Assembly: GCA_964019335.1 (NCBI GenBank)
Contig: OZ025675.1
Coordinates: 372,001 to 436,000 of the forward strand
Reading direction: 5' to 3'
Length of the DNA stretch: 64,000 nucleotides
DNA from: Diplonema japonicum
Taxonomy: Eukaryota; Protista; Euglenozoa: Diplonemea
Shown: positions 32,940 through 45,078 of the stretch, in pieces
Numbering within the stretch: the stretch's first letter is position 1
Layout: every line of letters begins with the position of its first letter
Position numbers and translations under genes: made by a program
The notes under the pieces: model-generated
The model's input: only the letters and a program-made list of their open reading frames with translations
What the model was told of the DNA's origin: nothing
The model's database searches: none

Positions 32940-34781
32940 TTAGTATATTTGCCTCCGTCTCTCGACAGAGGTCTTTTTCGCTATCATGTCTGCTAGAGAT
33001 ACAGCCAGTGGCTCGTTTGTGTAGCTGACAAGTAACAAAGCTGCTTGTTGATTCACAATTTCGTCAGTGTTGCAACCCCCTTGCAGGTACAGCTTCGCTG
33101 CCTCGTTGTACTTCACCCAGTACTTCGCCCGAGACTCGTCCAGTGCGTACATCCACTCCTGGTCTAGGTTCTGTCCCTGCGGCTCAGTTCTGCTCGTGAT
33201 GCTAAACGCTCTGTGCCGAAAGCCCCTCCCGTTCTTCAGCTGCGTGCTGCGAGGTGTGGTGGCAAGCTGCTCTATACTCGGCGACAGGACAGGAGGTACT
33301 TGCACCGCTTCCCATAGCATAGTTTGCTTCTCTATATTGTGCTTCACAAAGGTGACCGCCTTGAGGACAATTCGCATTTCCTGTGTGACAGAGGCGTCTG
33401 CATAAACAGCAGTGTTGCACACAACCCCAATGCCCCACTCCGCACCGAGCCTCTCGTACACAGATGCAAGAACTGCAGCGTGTCCTATGATGCTGAACCG
33501 CCTCACCTCCTCGTTCCCGAAATCCCCAACCAGAACCTTCCCACCGCACACGGCCACGTTCACGTCCATGGTCTTCTGTCGCAGTAAAACGGCTGTCTGC
33601 ACTGCCGCCATTGCATGCTGTGTACATTTTCTCGATGCGTTGAACGAGGCGTGCACGTGGTCCCCGACGAACAGGTCCAGCATCCCCTTCTGTGCACGAA
33701 CGACGTTCAGTGCGAACCCCACAACCTTCGCATGCAGCCGGTTGAACTCGGACGGTTCCGCCTCCGCCAGCTCGATTGAGTTCTTCATGTTCATCACCAG
33801 CATGGTGGCGCGTGTAGCTGCCACCACATGCTGCATGAACCCCTTCCGTGATATGTCCGACGTGACAGTAGGGGTGTAAGCGGTCTGCGACTCCGACTGC
33901 GTGTGCGACTGTGTGCTCTCCTCTTCATCAGAACTTCCATCGTCGTCGCCTTCCAAACAGGACTGCGGGAGGTAAGGTTTATACGACCGTAGGTTCACAA
34001 GAATGGTGTGAAGCGCTTCGTGCAGCTTGTCGGGGAGGTCTTCCTTCGAAAGGTCGAGGTGGGCGTCTGCCTCTTCAAGCTTGAACCCTGCAAGGAAGGA
34101 GGCCACGTCGCGTGCTGCAAGAACACCCAGTTCCAACTTCCGTTTTTCAGCGAGAACCTCATCAGCGAAACCCCTTGTGAAGTAGAAGTCGAGGAGGAAG
34201 ATAGACACCATGAGGAACAGGGTGACGCTGACACCCGAAAAATCTCGAGTACAAGGGAGGTTACTACATGAACACACAGCTCTGCGGTACTCGTGGTCAC
34301 CGTTGAAGTCAGCACCACCGACATCGAGAAGGCCGAAGCGGGTCGCTTGCTCAGCGCTGCTTATAACGAGCCAGAGGCAAAGGGTGATGATGACGACGAT
34401 GGAGGACCTTGACCTGATCCTGCACACGAGCATCACATCGACGATTACCACAGAGAGTGGCCACAACCTTGGCAGCATGGCTCCCATGTTATTGTAGTCT
34501 GCAAGGATAATGCCGATGACGTCTGCGTACCCCACAAGCTCTATGAGGGTGTCGGAGGGCTTCTTGTACACAAACAGCCATATCAAGGCAATAGAGTTGA
34601 CAACTGCCGCCAGGAAGGAAGCTATCTTTGCTGACGTGAACGAGACTACAGACAGGGCAGAGGCAGACAGAATCAGGGTGGTGACGAAGAACCAAATCAA
34701 GGTCTTCTTTCGCTTGACCATCGCCTCATCGTCGTCGGGGAGGGCGAGTTTGCTGACGAGCCAGTTGTGCAGCGACCACAT
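32940..34781 (-). CDS. 6TM receptor with degenerate cyclase domain, paralogue 5
   Basis: Likely start MWSLHNW (ATG 34781); the upstream extension in the ORF track is homopolymer-derived. Confidence 0.9.
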   Translation of the reverse strand: MWSLHNWLVSKLALPDDDEAMVKRKKTLIWFFVTTLILSASALSVVSFTSAKIASFLAAVVNSIALIWLFVYKKPSDTLIELVGYADVIGIILADYNNMGAMLPRLWPLSVVIVDVMLVCRIRSRSSIVVIITLCLWLVISSAEQATRFGLLDVGGADFNGDHEYRRAVCSCSNLPCTRDFSGVSVTLFLMVSIFLLDFYFTRGFADEVLAEKRKLELGVLAARDVASFLAGFKLEEADAHLDLSKEDLPDKLHEALHTILVNLRSYKPYLPQSCLEGDDDGSSDEEESTQSHTQSESQTAYTPTVTSDISRKGFMQHVVAATRATMLVMNMKNSIELAEAEPSEFNRLHAKVVGFALNVVRAQKGMLDLFVGDHVHASFNASRKCTQHAMAAVQTAVLLRQKTMDVNVAVCGGKVLVGDFGNEEVRRFSIIGHAAVLASVYERLGAEWGIGVVCNTAVYADASVTQEMRIVLKAVTFVKHNIEKQTMLWEAVQVPPVLSPSIEQLATTPRSTQLKNGRGFRHRAFSITSRTEPQGQNLDQEWMYALDESRAKYWVKYNEAAKLYLQGGCNTDEIVNQQAALLLVSYTNEPLAVSLADMIAKKTSVERRRQIY

Positions 34782-35636
34782 TTTCCCTTTTTTTTCTTTT
34801 TGACAAATTTGTGTAAAAAAAATAATACCTTTTTTTTTTCTCTTTTTTTCTTTCCCCCCCCCCCACTTTTTAATATTATCAAATGCAAACGACATAAATA
34901 AGATTCGGGGCGGAACTAACAAAGACGACAGGTTTTCTTTTTTTCTTTTTTCTTTTTTATCTTTTTTTTTTTTTTTTTTTTTTGCATGAACAAGAAAAAT
35001 AATATATAGAGCTCCGGAAAAAAAAATGTCAACACTTCTTTTTTGGCTATTCAGAATTTTTTTGTTTTGATTATTCGGGCAAAAAAAAGGGCAGCATGCA
35101 ACCATAGGAAGATGACATACATGGTGTACATGACGCCGTTCTTTCAATTGCGATGCTTGTTCTGCCATGAGGGTGGCAGGCTTTGCAACCGGTTGCCAAT
35201 GCAATTTTAAAGCTTGAAATACAGCACCTAGGGTGCATAAAAGTGGTGCACATACACACTTGTGACCCTTCGGTATAGCCCAGGGTCAGGTTACTGTTAA
35301 AAGTACATTGAGAAAAATAACAATGAAATGTTGGTGAAAAAGAGTAGTGGTAGCATTGTTGGGTTTATCCTTCTACAGGTTAACCCCCCCCCCCCCCCCC
35401 TGTCTGTGCACAAACTACAATCAACTGACTCTTCTTTTCTTTTTCTTTCTGGCGTTTCCGCATTTCCAAGTAAATTAAGAACAGCTTTCAGGGAGGGGAG
35501 GAAGGAAGTTAAATAGTAAAAGAAAGGGGGGGGGGGGGAATGAACAGAAGAGCAAAGAAAACTCAAATTAACATGCAAGCTCCTTGAGACGAAAGCTGCA
35601 TGGGGAGAAAAGAATAAGGAGGAAAAAAAAAGAAAA

Positions 35637-38600
35637 CTCGATAAAATTTCAGTGTGCATGGGGGTGCTCACTGTTCAGGTAGAAATTCACACTAATCGGT
35701 CACCGTTCTGCGGTTGCTGTCTGGTGCCTGCGGTGGCTGTTTGTCGCGATGAGATGGACGGCATCTGGGCGAGAAACACTGCTTGGAGTCGTGCTAGGTA
35801 GGGGGGGGTTTGGCTCGAGGAGAAGAGTGGTCTCCTGTCGTAGCCGTGTGCCGTCGGGCCCCCAAGATGTCGAAGGGTATGCACCCTTGATTTGGCGTTG
35901 GCGGGGAAGGCTGACCTTCCACAGCGTGCTGAGCATTTCTGGATGCGACCCAAGATGTATCGCATCCTTGCGGCCTTCTCCGTGAGCAGGTCCTGATCGT
36001 CGAGGGGACCTATGAGTGACCGGCGGGTGGTCTGCTCATAGTCTATGGCGAGTTCCATTGTAGTGACGGAAGTTTTCTTCTTACCATCGTACCATCGTAG
36101 GCCTCTTAGCCACTTGAGGACGTTCTTCAGATGAAAGGTCAGGACCGCGCCTGACGCCCCGTTCGCCTTCAGCAACGCTTCCGTCGGAACATCATGTTGC
36201 CTCCCTGTCGTTACCTCATCCCAAGGGTTGGAGGTGAGCACTCTCTTGCTTCTTTCCGCTGCTCTGGCGTCACGGACCGTCACTACTTTCAGGAGGTATT
36301 GTTGCACCATCCTGGCACGTTCTTTCCCTGCTTTGTCGGCTCCTCTTGGGACTATCCCGTGAAGGGCTGTGGCAGCTGGGAGGCCTTCTCGCTTCACCTC
36401 TGCGTATTGCTCGCTTTCCAACACACTCCTTGCCGGCTCGCACTCCCACAGTGCATGCTCCGTCATGCTGGTCGTTGTCTGGGACCGGTGGTCGCAAACG
36501 TCACACGCTAATGCTGGGTTTTCCACACCAGGGCCATCCAATTTTCTCCCCCACACCCTCGGGTGAGTCGTGAACACTGCACCACTAATGATGCGCCGCA
36601 ACCTAAAGGACACCAACGGTCTCCGGGCCTGGAGCTTTTTCCACCAATAGTTCGTGGACGGGCACGCCCCTGCCTCCATCCCCACGAAGGTTGATCTCTT
36701 CTCGATCAGCCTCTTCGCAACTGCCGGTCTGATGGCTTGCCTCACTTTGTGAGCCACCGCTGTATCTCCGTGCAGGTCGGCCACAAAGGACCATCCCTTC
36801 CCCAGAAAGGGGAGCCATCTGTTCCGCAGGACTCCAATCGGACCCATCACCTCATCGTCATCACGGTCCTGGTATAGACCAATGATCTCACCAACACGCT
36901 GCCGCAAACGCGGAGAGGCCAGGCTCTCCCGGACCAAGCTGTTTATCGTTCCGTAGATGACCTTCGACAGCGGATGTGCCGTATGCCCTGGCAGCAGAAC
37001 GCTCAGTACAGACACGGGGTTTCTCATCCCGAACTGGGGGCCCCACAGGGAGACCACTGCCGCTGTACACATCTTCTTCAGCTGGTCGTCCGAGGGTGCC
37101 GCATACGTTGCTCCGTACAGACACGACGGTAGCACAGTGCTCGTCAACATCGTCGACTTGTTCTCAAACCCTAGTGGCAAAGCTCCGAGACGGGTCAGGC
37201 GTCCCTCCGCTGCGTCCAGCTTGTCCAGCCTGTGATTCCCATCCATGCTCAGGTTCACGCCAAGTGATTTGATCTCCCCAGCTACCTTGAACGAGGAACC
37301 GGTGCATACTAAACTAGGGCCGATCTCGTTTTTCGTCGAGAATCCCTGCGACTTCTTTCCGTTGAGGCGCATCTCTGTCCGGTCCCCGAACTCGATCACC
37401 TTGTTGGTCGCCCTTGTCAGGACCTCCGCTAAACGCGCCAGGAGGTACACGTCATCCGCGTACGAAAGTGACCAAGCTCCTGGTACTTCCGTCATCACGC
37501 ACTTCACCATCACCGACACCAAGGCGTTCACCATGATTACCGAGATGGGGCACCCTTGCAGGATACCATTCGTCACTCGGAACTCTGAGCCAACACCTGT
37601 CGGGAAACGGAATCGCCGCTTCAGGTTCGCATACATAGCTTTCAAGGGGGTCAGTATCCGCTCGTGCAAACCGAGATCTTGCATCAGGCCAAAAGCTATC
37701 TGCTGTGGGACTCTGTCGAAGCACTTGACAAAATCCAACGCAATGCCGTTGAGAGGGGTGCCTGTCAACAGCGCCTCTTCGAGCTGTGTACTGAGCTCCA
37801 TCAGAATGCTATCCGTGCCTCTCTTCGGTCTGAAACCATGCTGAGAGTCGTCGATCCACTTCTCTTGCCACAGCGTGATGTCACGCAGCCTCGCACATGC
37901 CCACAGCCGATAGACCGCGCTCGTGACTGTGATCGGCCGATGGTTCAGAGGAGTCCTCTCGCCACCCTTCGGGATCAACGTCACCAGCGCTGTCAGGAGT
38001 GCTTTCGGCCACTTCCCTGTCGTCTCGACTGCGTTGAACAGCTCGGCCCAAGCATCCAGCAGTACTACCGGCATGGCACGCAGTTCCGCCATCCTCCATC
38101 CATCCACCCCTGGAGCCGTTCTCGTTGACTTCTTGGCCAACACCGCCCTCAGATCCTCTCCTGTAAGTGGTCGAAGTTCCATCTTCTGCGACACGATGTA
38201 CTCCCTGTACCTCGTTCTAAAGGCGTTGTACTGCGGCTCTCCTCGATCCCCACCGTATAGCTGAAAAATAGGGTCCCACTCCTTGTGCATCATCTTGTCC
38301 ATCTCTTCAAGATCTGCCGTGAGAACCCCGTCGCCTTCCACTGCCTGCGTTGCTGATGCCGTTGTGCCCTTCACGAAGGCGGTCACCCTCTTCCGTTCCT
38401 CCTTGAAGTGGGTGTTGATCCTCTCTTCATACTTCCTTTCACGCTCGACCCTCGCGTCCTTTGCGATCACTCGCGCCAGAGCGGACAGGTCGTCGTCTAG
38501 GCGTTGAAGTTTGATGATAATCGTTTCAAAATTGTCCTTCATCAGACCCACCTCGCATCTCGGAAGCTGCGGGAGCTTCGCTAACACCTTTATAGCATTC

Positions 38601-39633
38601 GCCCAAGTCCTCAGCAGCTGCTCCGGCATGTTGCTTGCTAGTCCCCTGTCGAGCAAATCTTGGACTCCCGCAAGGATGTGCGAGACTTTCCGCTTCACCT
38701 CGGCGATGCACTTCTGCCAGCCCACTGCCGCACCTGTCGCCTCAACCACAGATTTCGCCGACAGGCACTTCTCCTTTGGTTGTCGCGCCACGCTTCTCCC
38801 GACGTAGGCCCTCCGTCTCACCGCTGGCAGGTCCCCGATGCAGCATTCCTCCGAAACGCACGCTAACGTACTATACGCATCGTCAATGTCGCCGTCGCCC
38901 AGCTTCTGCGCAAATCCCCCGACCTGTAGCAGCTCAGCATCTCGGTCACCATCAGCAGCTTCCATCGGCAACTCCCTCGGGACGAAGTATTTCCTCGTCA
39001 TGCACTTGAGGGCCGGGATCCGGAGCTGGATTGAGAGGCAGCGGTGCTCGTTGGTGTAGACTGCGTCGTGTACCCACACCTTCTGTAGGCCTGCCGCCGC
39101 GATCGGGTTCAGCAGAACGTAGTCGATACGCGTCTTCGTGTTGGTGGCCTGCCTGGCAAAGGTGTGGCATGGTTCCACGCCATCCCTCTCGGCTTGCAGC
39201 ATAGCAGCATCCACCCAATCGCTCCCCACCGCCTGTTGTAGCACTCCCGACTGTGACACCGCGGTGTTGAAATCGCCTGCCACGATGATCGGTACGTCAC
39301 CGAGGACGCATCTCATCTTGTTCAGGACCTTATCCAGCAGAGCCTCCCGCTGGTGCTTGCCGTGACCGCCCGAGTGACAGTAGACTACGATCAGGTGTAA
39401 CCACATATCTCGACCATCTAGGTTGATCATCGAGTGTACCCACCTGTTGTCGTCAGCTCTTCCTGCCGTATCTTTTACCAGAGCAGGTCGGCGTCGCTGC
39501 ACCAGCAGACCCACCCCGCCCCTCTTCGCCTTATCAGGAGACGCGAGTCCATCGACCACGATGCCTGGTTGCGGGCTCCCCCACAACGCGCGATACCTAC
39601 CGTCGTCCTCGACGTGTCTCCCAACCATCTGAA
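35637..39633 (-). mobile_element. 5'-truncated LINE, subfamily A', with uninterrupted ~1310-aa APE(partial)-RT-CCHC-CTD frame
   Basis: AGDFN, RIDYVL, NHRPITVTS, DFVKCFD, GILQGCPIS, SYADD, CDVCD...HALWEC; 15-bp candidate TSD GAAAAAAAAAGAAAA at 35622-35636 and 39634-39648. Confidence 0.95.
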
Positions 39634-39688
39634 GAAAAAAAAAGAAAAAAAAGAACAAAGTGATACTGTTCTTTTCTTTTCATTTCCC

Positions 39689-39721
<33 letters not shown>

Positions 39722-40136
39722 CTACTTTTAATCCTGAGCAACTCTCTTAAAGATTTTAGGCTAGAAGAAATGAATAAAAGCAGGGTTTCACTTTATTTCA
39801 CGCCCACAATCATTTTCCAGAAAAATGGGCAGAAAACCGAAGGTGACGAGGGAAGCGAACCGCTTCCAACGCAAAATGGCCTACAGGAAGGAGCGCAAGA
39901 GGTTTTGCACCTACCACTCGCTCAAACATCACCAAACAGTCAACCGTGGAACAAATGAAAGCCCAAATTCTTTTGCGAGAGCAACTCATCATTAAATAAA
40001 ATGTAGTATTGAATAAAAATCAGAGCATGATTTCACGCGTGGCCCTACGGGGTGAAATCAGGCTATCTGATTTTCATTTTAATAAATAGCTATTTACCAC
40101 AAAAAAAATTTAAAAAAAGGGAGCCCAATAAAAAAT

Positions 40137-41311
40137 TCACTATGATAGGAACGAAGTGGTTAGCAACGGCCCGCCGCGGTGGCGTGCCTACCTTATGATG
40201 CTCCCCTTTTGGGGTCGTTCCCTGCTACCCACCGTAGTGCCTAGCTGTCGTTTATATCTTCCAATCCTTTCTTTCCGGTAATCTTCTCTCAGTCCTTTCA
40301 GCTTGGTCGCCGTCAGCCCCGATGCAAACAGGGCCCTCCTATCAAAGCCAACGACGTGGTCGCGGCCAATGGATCGTAGTGATCTCACGTTCTTGCATGA
40401 CTGCGCCGGAAAAGCGCGTCTCCTCTTCTCCCTCATCCATGTCGCTTGCAGCGTATCCAGGATCCGCTTGATCCTCACCGCCTTCTTGTCGATGTCAATC
40501 GTCGTGTTGATGTTAACCCCCAGCGTCTTCTTCGTGTAGCACTCGAAGTCAATCGCCAGCTCGATCGCCGACACGGACGTTCCCTCCTCCGCCCACCGCA
40601 GCGCAGCCAGCCATCTCAGCACCTGATCACCATACTCCCTGAGCTGCGGGGTCAGCTTGAGCTTGTACAGTTCCACAACCTTTGGCGCCTCGAAACGCCT
40701 TCCTTGAGTCGTCACCACCCACGGCGGTTCCTTCTCAACCGCGAACCGCTTCACCGCCAGAGCATCGTCCCTGCGCCTCACCACCTCTGCCAAATACCTC
40801 TGCAGCCTCTCCAAACCGCGGAACACGACCTTCCTCGGGAGAATCCCGTGCAGCTCCAAACAGACCGGCCACCTTTCGCTCCTGACCAGACCGTTATATA
40901 CCTCCTTCTTCTGCACCTCCAATGCGACCTCGCACTCCCAAAGCTGGTGTCGCAGCAACCTAACTGTGCTGCCCTTCGCAGCATCACAGACATCGCAATT
41001 GAGCGTTCCCGCTGCTTTGTCCGTCCTCCCCCTATCCAGGTGGTCGGCTTCTTCCTCGCTCCCCTCACCTCCTCCTCATCAGGTTCTTCAGGAGGGGAGA
41101 GTAAAACTTGTTTCGCATACGGGCTGAGGTACGGCACCGCCCCGGCGATTATCCTCCTCACCCGCCACGCTTCGAGCGGTCTACGTGCGCTGCACTTCAT
41201 CCAGTAAGCGTTCGTTGCAGGGGCCGCGCCCATCCCAAGCCCGGCCATCGTGCTTCGCGCCTTCACAATACCCGATGTCCTCATCCTCCGCAGAGCCTCC
41301 CTGAGGTAAGG
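40137..41311 (-). mobile_element. 5'-truncated, frameshifted LINE, family C
   Basis: ORFs 40778-41383 and 40188-40958 together give RRIIAGAV, CDVCD..RHQLWEC and WLAALRW..ELAIDFE..RAFPA; terminus TCACTATGATAGGAACGAAG recurs at 49712. Confidence 0.87.
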
Positions 41312-41635
41312 AAAAAAAAAAAATGGATTCCTTGCCCCAGCTCCCAGACAGGGTGGGTGCCAACAGTTGGTGCCTAACGGCAAAAAAAAAAAAAAAAAAA
41401 AAAAAAAAAGCGAACTCTTTCCTGTAAGAATAGTTTACTCGAATAATACTACCCTTCCCTTTGTGTCTCCGTTCTGTTTCAGGTCCTCACAGTTGCTACT
41501 CTTTCTCTAATGGCCAGAAATTAGGTAAACGAGTACATTAACAAAAACACTTTGACAAATTGCAAGGCACCAGTTTCGTTCCTTTGTTTCGGCCCTCCTC
41601 TCCGGCTTGGGCTCATCAGGAAAAGAAGGGGAAAA

Positions 41636-43579
41636 TTTGATAAATTTCGGTGTGCGGGTGGGTGCTCACCGTTCAGGGAGAAATTCACACTAATCGGTCA
41701 CCGTTCTGCGGTTGCTGTCTGGTGCCTGCGGTGGCTGTTTGTCGCGATGAGATGGACGGCATCTGGGCGAGAAACATTGCTTGGAGTCGTGCTAGGTAGG
41801 GGGCGGTTTGGCTCGAGGAGAAGAGTGGTCTCCTGTCGTAGCCGTGTGTCGTCGGGCCCCCAAGATGTCGAAGGGTGTGTACCCTTGTCTTTGCGTTGGC
41901 GGGGAAAGCATTCTTCCCACTCTTTGCTGTGCATTTCTGAATACGTCCTAAGATGTATCGCATCCTTCCAGCCTTCTCTGTGAGCCAGTCCTGGTCGTCG
42001 AGGGGTCCAGCCAAGGACTGCCGGGTGGCCTGCTCATAGTCTACTGCGAGCTCCATCGTCGTGACGGACGTCAACTTCCTACCTGCGTACCATCTTAGGC
42101 TTTTCAGCCACCTGAGGACGCTCTTCATGTAGAACATTAGGACCTTTCCCGACGCTCCGTTCGATTTCAACAGCTCCACTGTGGGCACAGTGTGCTGCTT
42201 CCCCGTTGTGATCTCATCCCACGGGTTGGTGGTGAGGATTCTGGTGCTCCGTTCAGCCGCTCTGGCGTCTCGTCTTGTCACGACATCCAACAGGTATCGT
42301 TGCACGACTGCCGCCTGTTGCTTCGCAGCCCCCGTTGCGCCCCTTGGAATGATCCCGTGGAGGGCGGTCACTGCAGGTAGGTCACTTCGTGTCATCCCGC
42401 CATATCTTTCGTTTGTCAGGGCAGCTCTCGCTGGTGCACATTCCCATAGGGCGTGCTCTGTGACTTCTGTCGTCGTCTGGCATCGATGGTCGCAGACGCC
42501 GCACGCAAGAGACGAGCTTTCCACACCCTCACGTTCATCCAATTGCTTCCCCCACACTCGAGGGTGTACCGTGAACACTGCACCGCTGATGATCCGCCGC
42601 AGTCTGTACGATATCAGCGGTCTCCGTGACTGGAGCTTCCTCCACCAGGCGTTCGTGGACGGACATGCACCCGCTTCCATTCCAGCAAAAGACGACCTGC
42701 CGTGGATCAATTCCTTTGCAACAGCCGGTCTGATCGCCTGTCTTACTTCATGGCGTCTCGCACTGGGCACCAGAGCGCGCAAACCTTCAATGAAGGACCA
42801 CCCCTTGTTCAGGAAGGGTAGCCACCTCTTCAGCAAGACCCCTAGCGGCCCCCTCTCCTCGTCGTCCTCTCGCTCCCGGTACAGTGTAACAATCTCATTG
42901 ACTCGCTGCCACAGTTGTGGGGAGGTGAGGCTTTCTCGCACCAGGCAGTTCACCGTGTTGTAAACAATCTTCGCTTGTGGATATGCTGTGTGTCCAGGTA
43001 ACAGCACATTGAGCACAGCCATCGGGGATCTCATCCTGAAGCGCGGTCCCCACAGGGAAGTCACCGTCGCTGTACAGAGCTTCTTCAGCTGGTTGTCAGA
43101 CGGCGCAGCGTAGGTCGTACCGTATAGACAGGATGGTAGCACAGTGCCCGTCAGCATTGACGCCTTGTTCCCGAAGCTTAATGGCAATGCACCAAGCCGG
43201 GACAAACGGCCTTCGGCGGAATGTAGCTTGTCCAAACTATGTTTCCCGTTCATGTTCAGGATCACGCCAAGCGCCTTGATCCCCTTCGTCACTCTGAACG
43301 ATGAGCCTGTGCACTTCAACCAAGGGCCGATCTCATCCTTCGTCGAGAATGCTTGTGACTTGTTTTCGTTAAGGCGCATGCCTGTCCGCTCGCAAAACTC
43401 GATTGTTTTGTTGGTCGCTCTCTTGAGTACCTCGACCAAACGCGCAAGTAGGTACGCGTCGTCCGCGTACGACAGCGATCGCGAGCCAGGTACCTCAGCA
43501 ATCACGCACTTCACCATCACTGACACCAGAGCGTTCACCAGGATGACGGAGATTGGACACCCTTGGAGAATTCCATTTG
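41636..43579 (-). mobile_element. 5'-truncated LINE, family A (near-identical to the copy at the window start)
   Basis: ORF 41685-43643 from NGILQGCPIS onward; only a handful of substitutions versus positions 1-1697. Confidence 0.95.
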
Positions 43580-43591
43580 GAGGAAAAAAAA

Positions 43592-43675
43592 AATATATAT
43601 ATGAGTTAAAGGAAGTCTTTGTGAGACGCCCCCTTGTTCTCATCCTCTACCTGCATCTATCCCCCTTCAGCAGCG
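43592..43675 (-). mobile_element. Family B 3'-end stub inserted at the 5' junction of the family A copy
   Basis: TATATGAGTTAAAGG...CCCCTTCAGCAGCG flanked by A-tracts. Confidence 0.8.
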
Positions 43676-45078
43676 AAAAAAAAAGAAAGAAAAAGGCGGG
43701 GTTATTGTTACAAACCTTCTTTAATAAAGATTGTTCGTAAATGCGATACCAAGTTTGTTCGTGCGCACGAGCGGAATTTTACCTAATAAAATAGCTCATT
43801 ACGCTGCCATCAACTAGTTTTTAGTCTCGACAATAATATTGTTAAAACAAAAAACAAAAACAAAATAACAGCACATCATACAGTACAGGTGTTTCTTTCT
43901 TTCCTTATTCTTTCTTCAGCTTGATTATAAAAACAAAAATAAAAATATAAAAAGAAATGGAGAAAATGGCCGTTATTTGGTTCAACGTCTTTCCTTTTTT
44001 TTTTTTTTTTTTTGTTTAGACAAATGTCAATCCTTTTTATTTATCATTTTTATTTGGAGTTGTGCATTTTCTTTTTTTTTTTTTTTGAACGAGTTATTGA
44101 CTTGTCTAAACAAAGGGGGAACGTTGGCAAAACGTGTTTCAGGTTGACGTTTCCCCTAACACTCAAGAAAAGGGCTTCTAGGTGAGAACGTACGGCACAG
44201 GGGGTTGAGGTAGATTAAAATATAAAAATCAGTATCTCATGATTCAAAGAAAAATATCATCCAGCAGGTATGCACTTCCCACCTAGTATTTTCTTCTGAA
44301 TTCATGTGAAGCTAAAAGAAAAAAAAGAATTCTTTTTAGTGGTGCCAGTATGTGACACTGGCAGCCACCCTCGTGAAACTTCGCCCCGAAGCCCCACAAG
44401 TCCCCTGTGGTCCCATAGAAAAGTAAAAGCTTTACTTTTGAGTAAGTGGCCACAGAAGTTCGGTTGTGCAATTAAAAGAAGAAAATAGGATTTGAGAGAC
44501 AATTTTCTTCAGCAAAGAAGTTCAGTGAAAAGAAGGACCAAAAGGAGAAAGAGAGAGAAAAAAAGAAATTACATATAAGTTAAAAAGAGTCCCCGTGAGA
44601 CGCCACCTTGTTCTCATTCAGTACCGTTGCCGGACGTCCGGAGCATACAGTTTGAATTTCCAAGGCACCACCCCAGACAGACCAAAAAAAAAAAGAATTT
44701 AAGACTATATGTCTTTGTTCGCACGAGCAAAAAAGGTTTTTTATAAAGCTGCGAAAGTTTTTTTTGCTCGGCACAAGTTGCATATAGTTATAAAATCATT
44801 TTTTTTGAAAGATAAATATTTGTAACAAAAAAAAAAAAAAAAAAAAAAAGAGAGACAGGGCCACATTTCGTTAAATTTTACGTACAGAAGGGGATAATAC
44901 TGAAAGGACAGGGGGGGAAGAAAAAAAAAGGGGGGGGGAGTCGTAAGGAAGAACATCCTTCGGGAATTTCGGGAAAAGCCCCCCTCCCCTCCCTTCTGGA
45001 AGTCTACTGCCTACAAGTACCAGTCAGTGTATTCAGAAGAAAAAGTACACTTGCAGAAGAGGGGGCGAAGGGTTGGGA

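Noticed and set aside
41685-43643. 652-aa ORF as a standalone gene starting MRTRGRLTKTSFNS
   Set aside because: Chimeric reading: the N-terminus comes from a family B stub and T-tract fused to a truncated family A RT.
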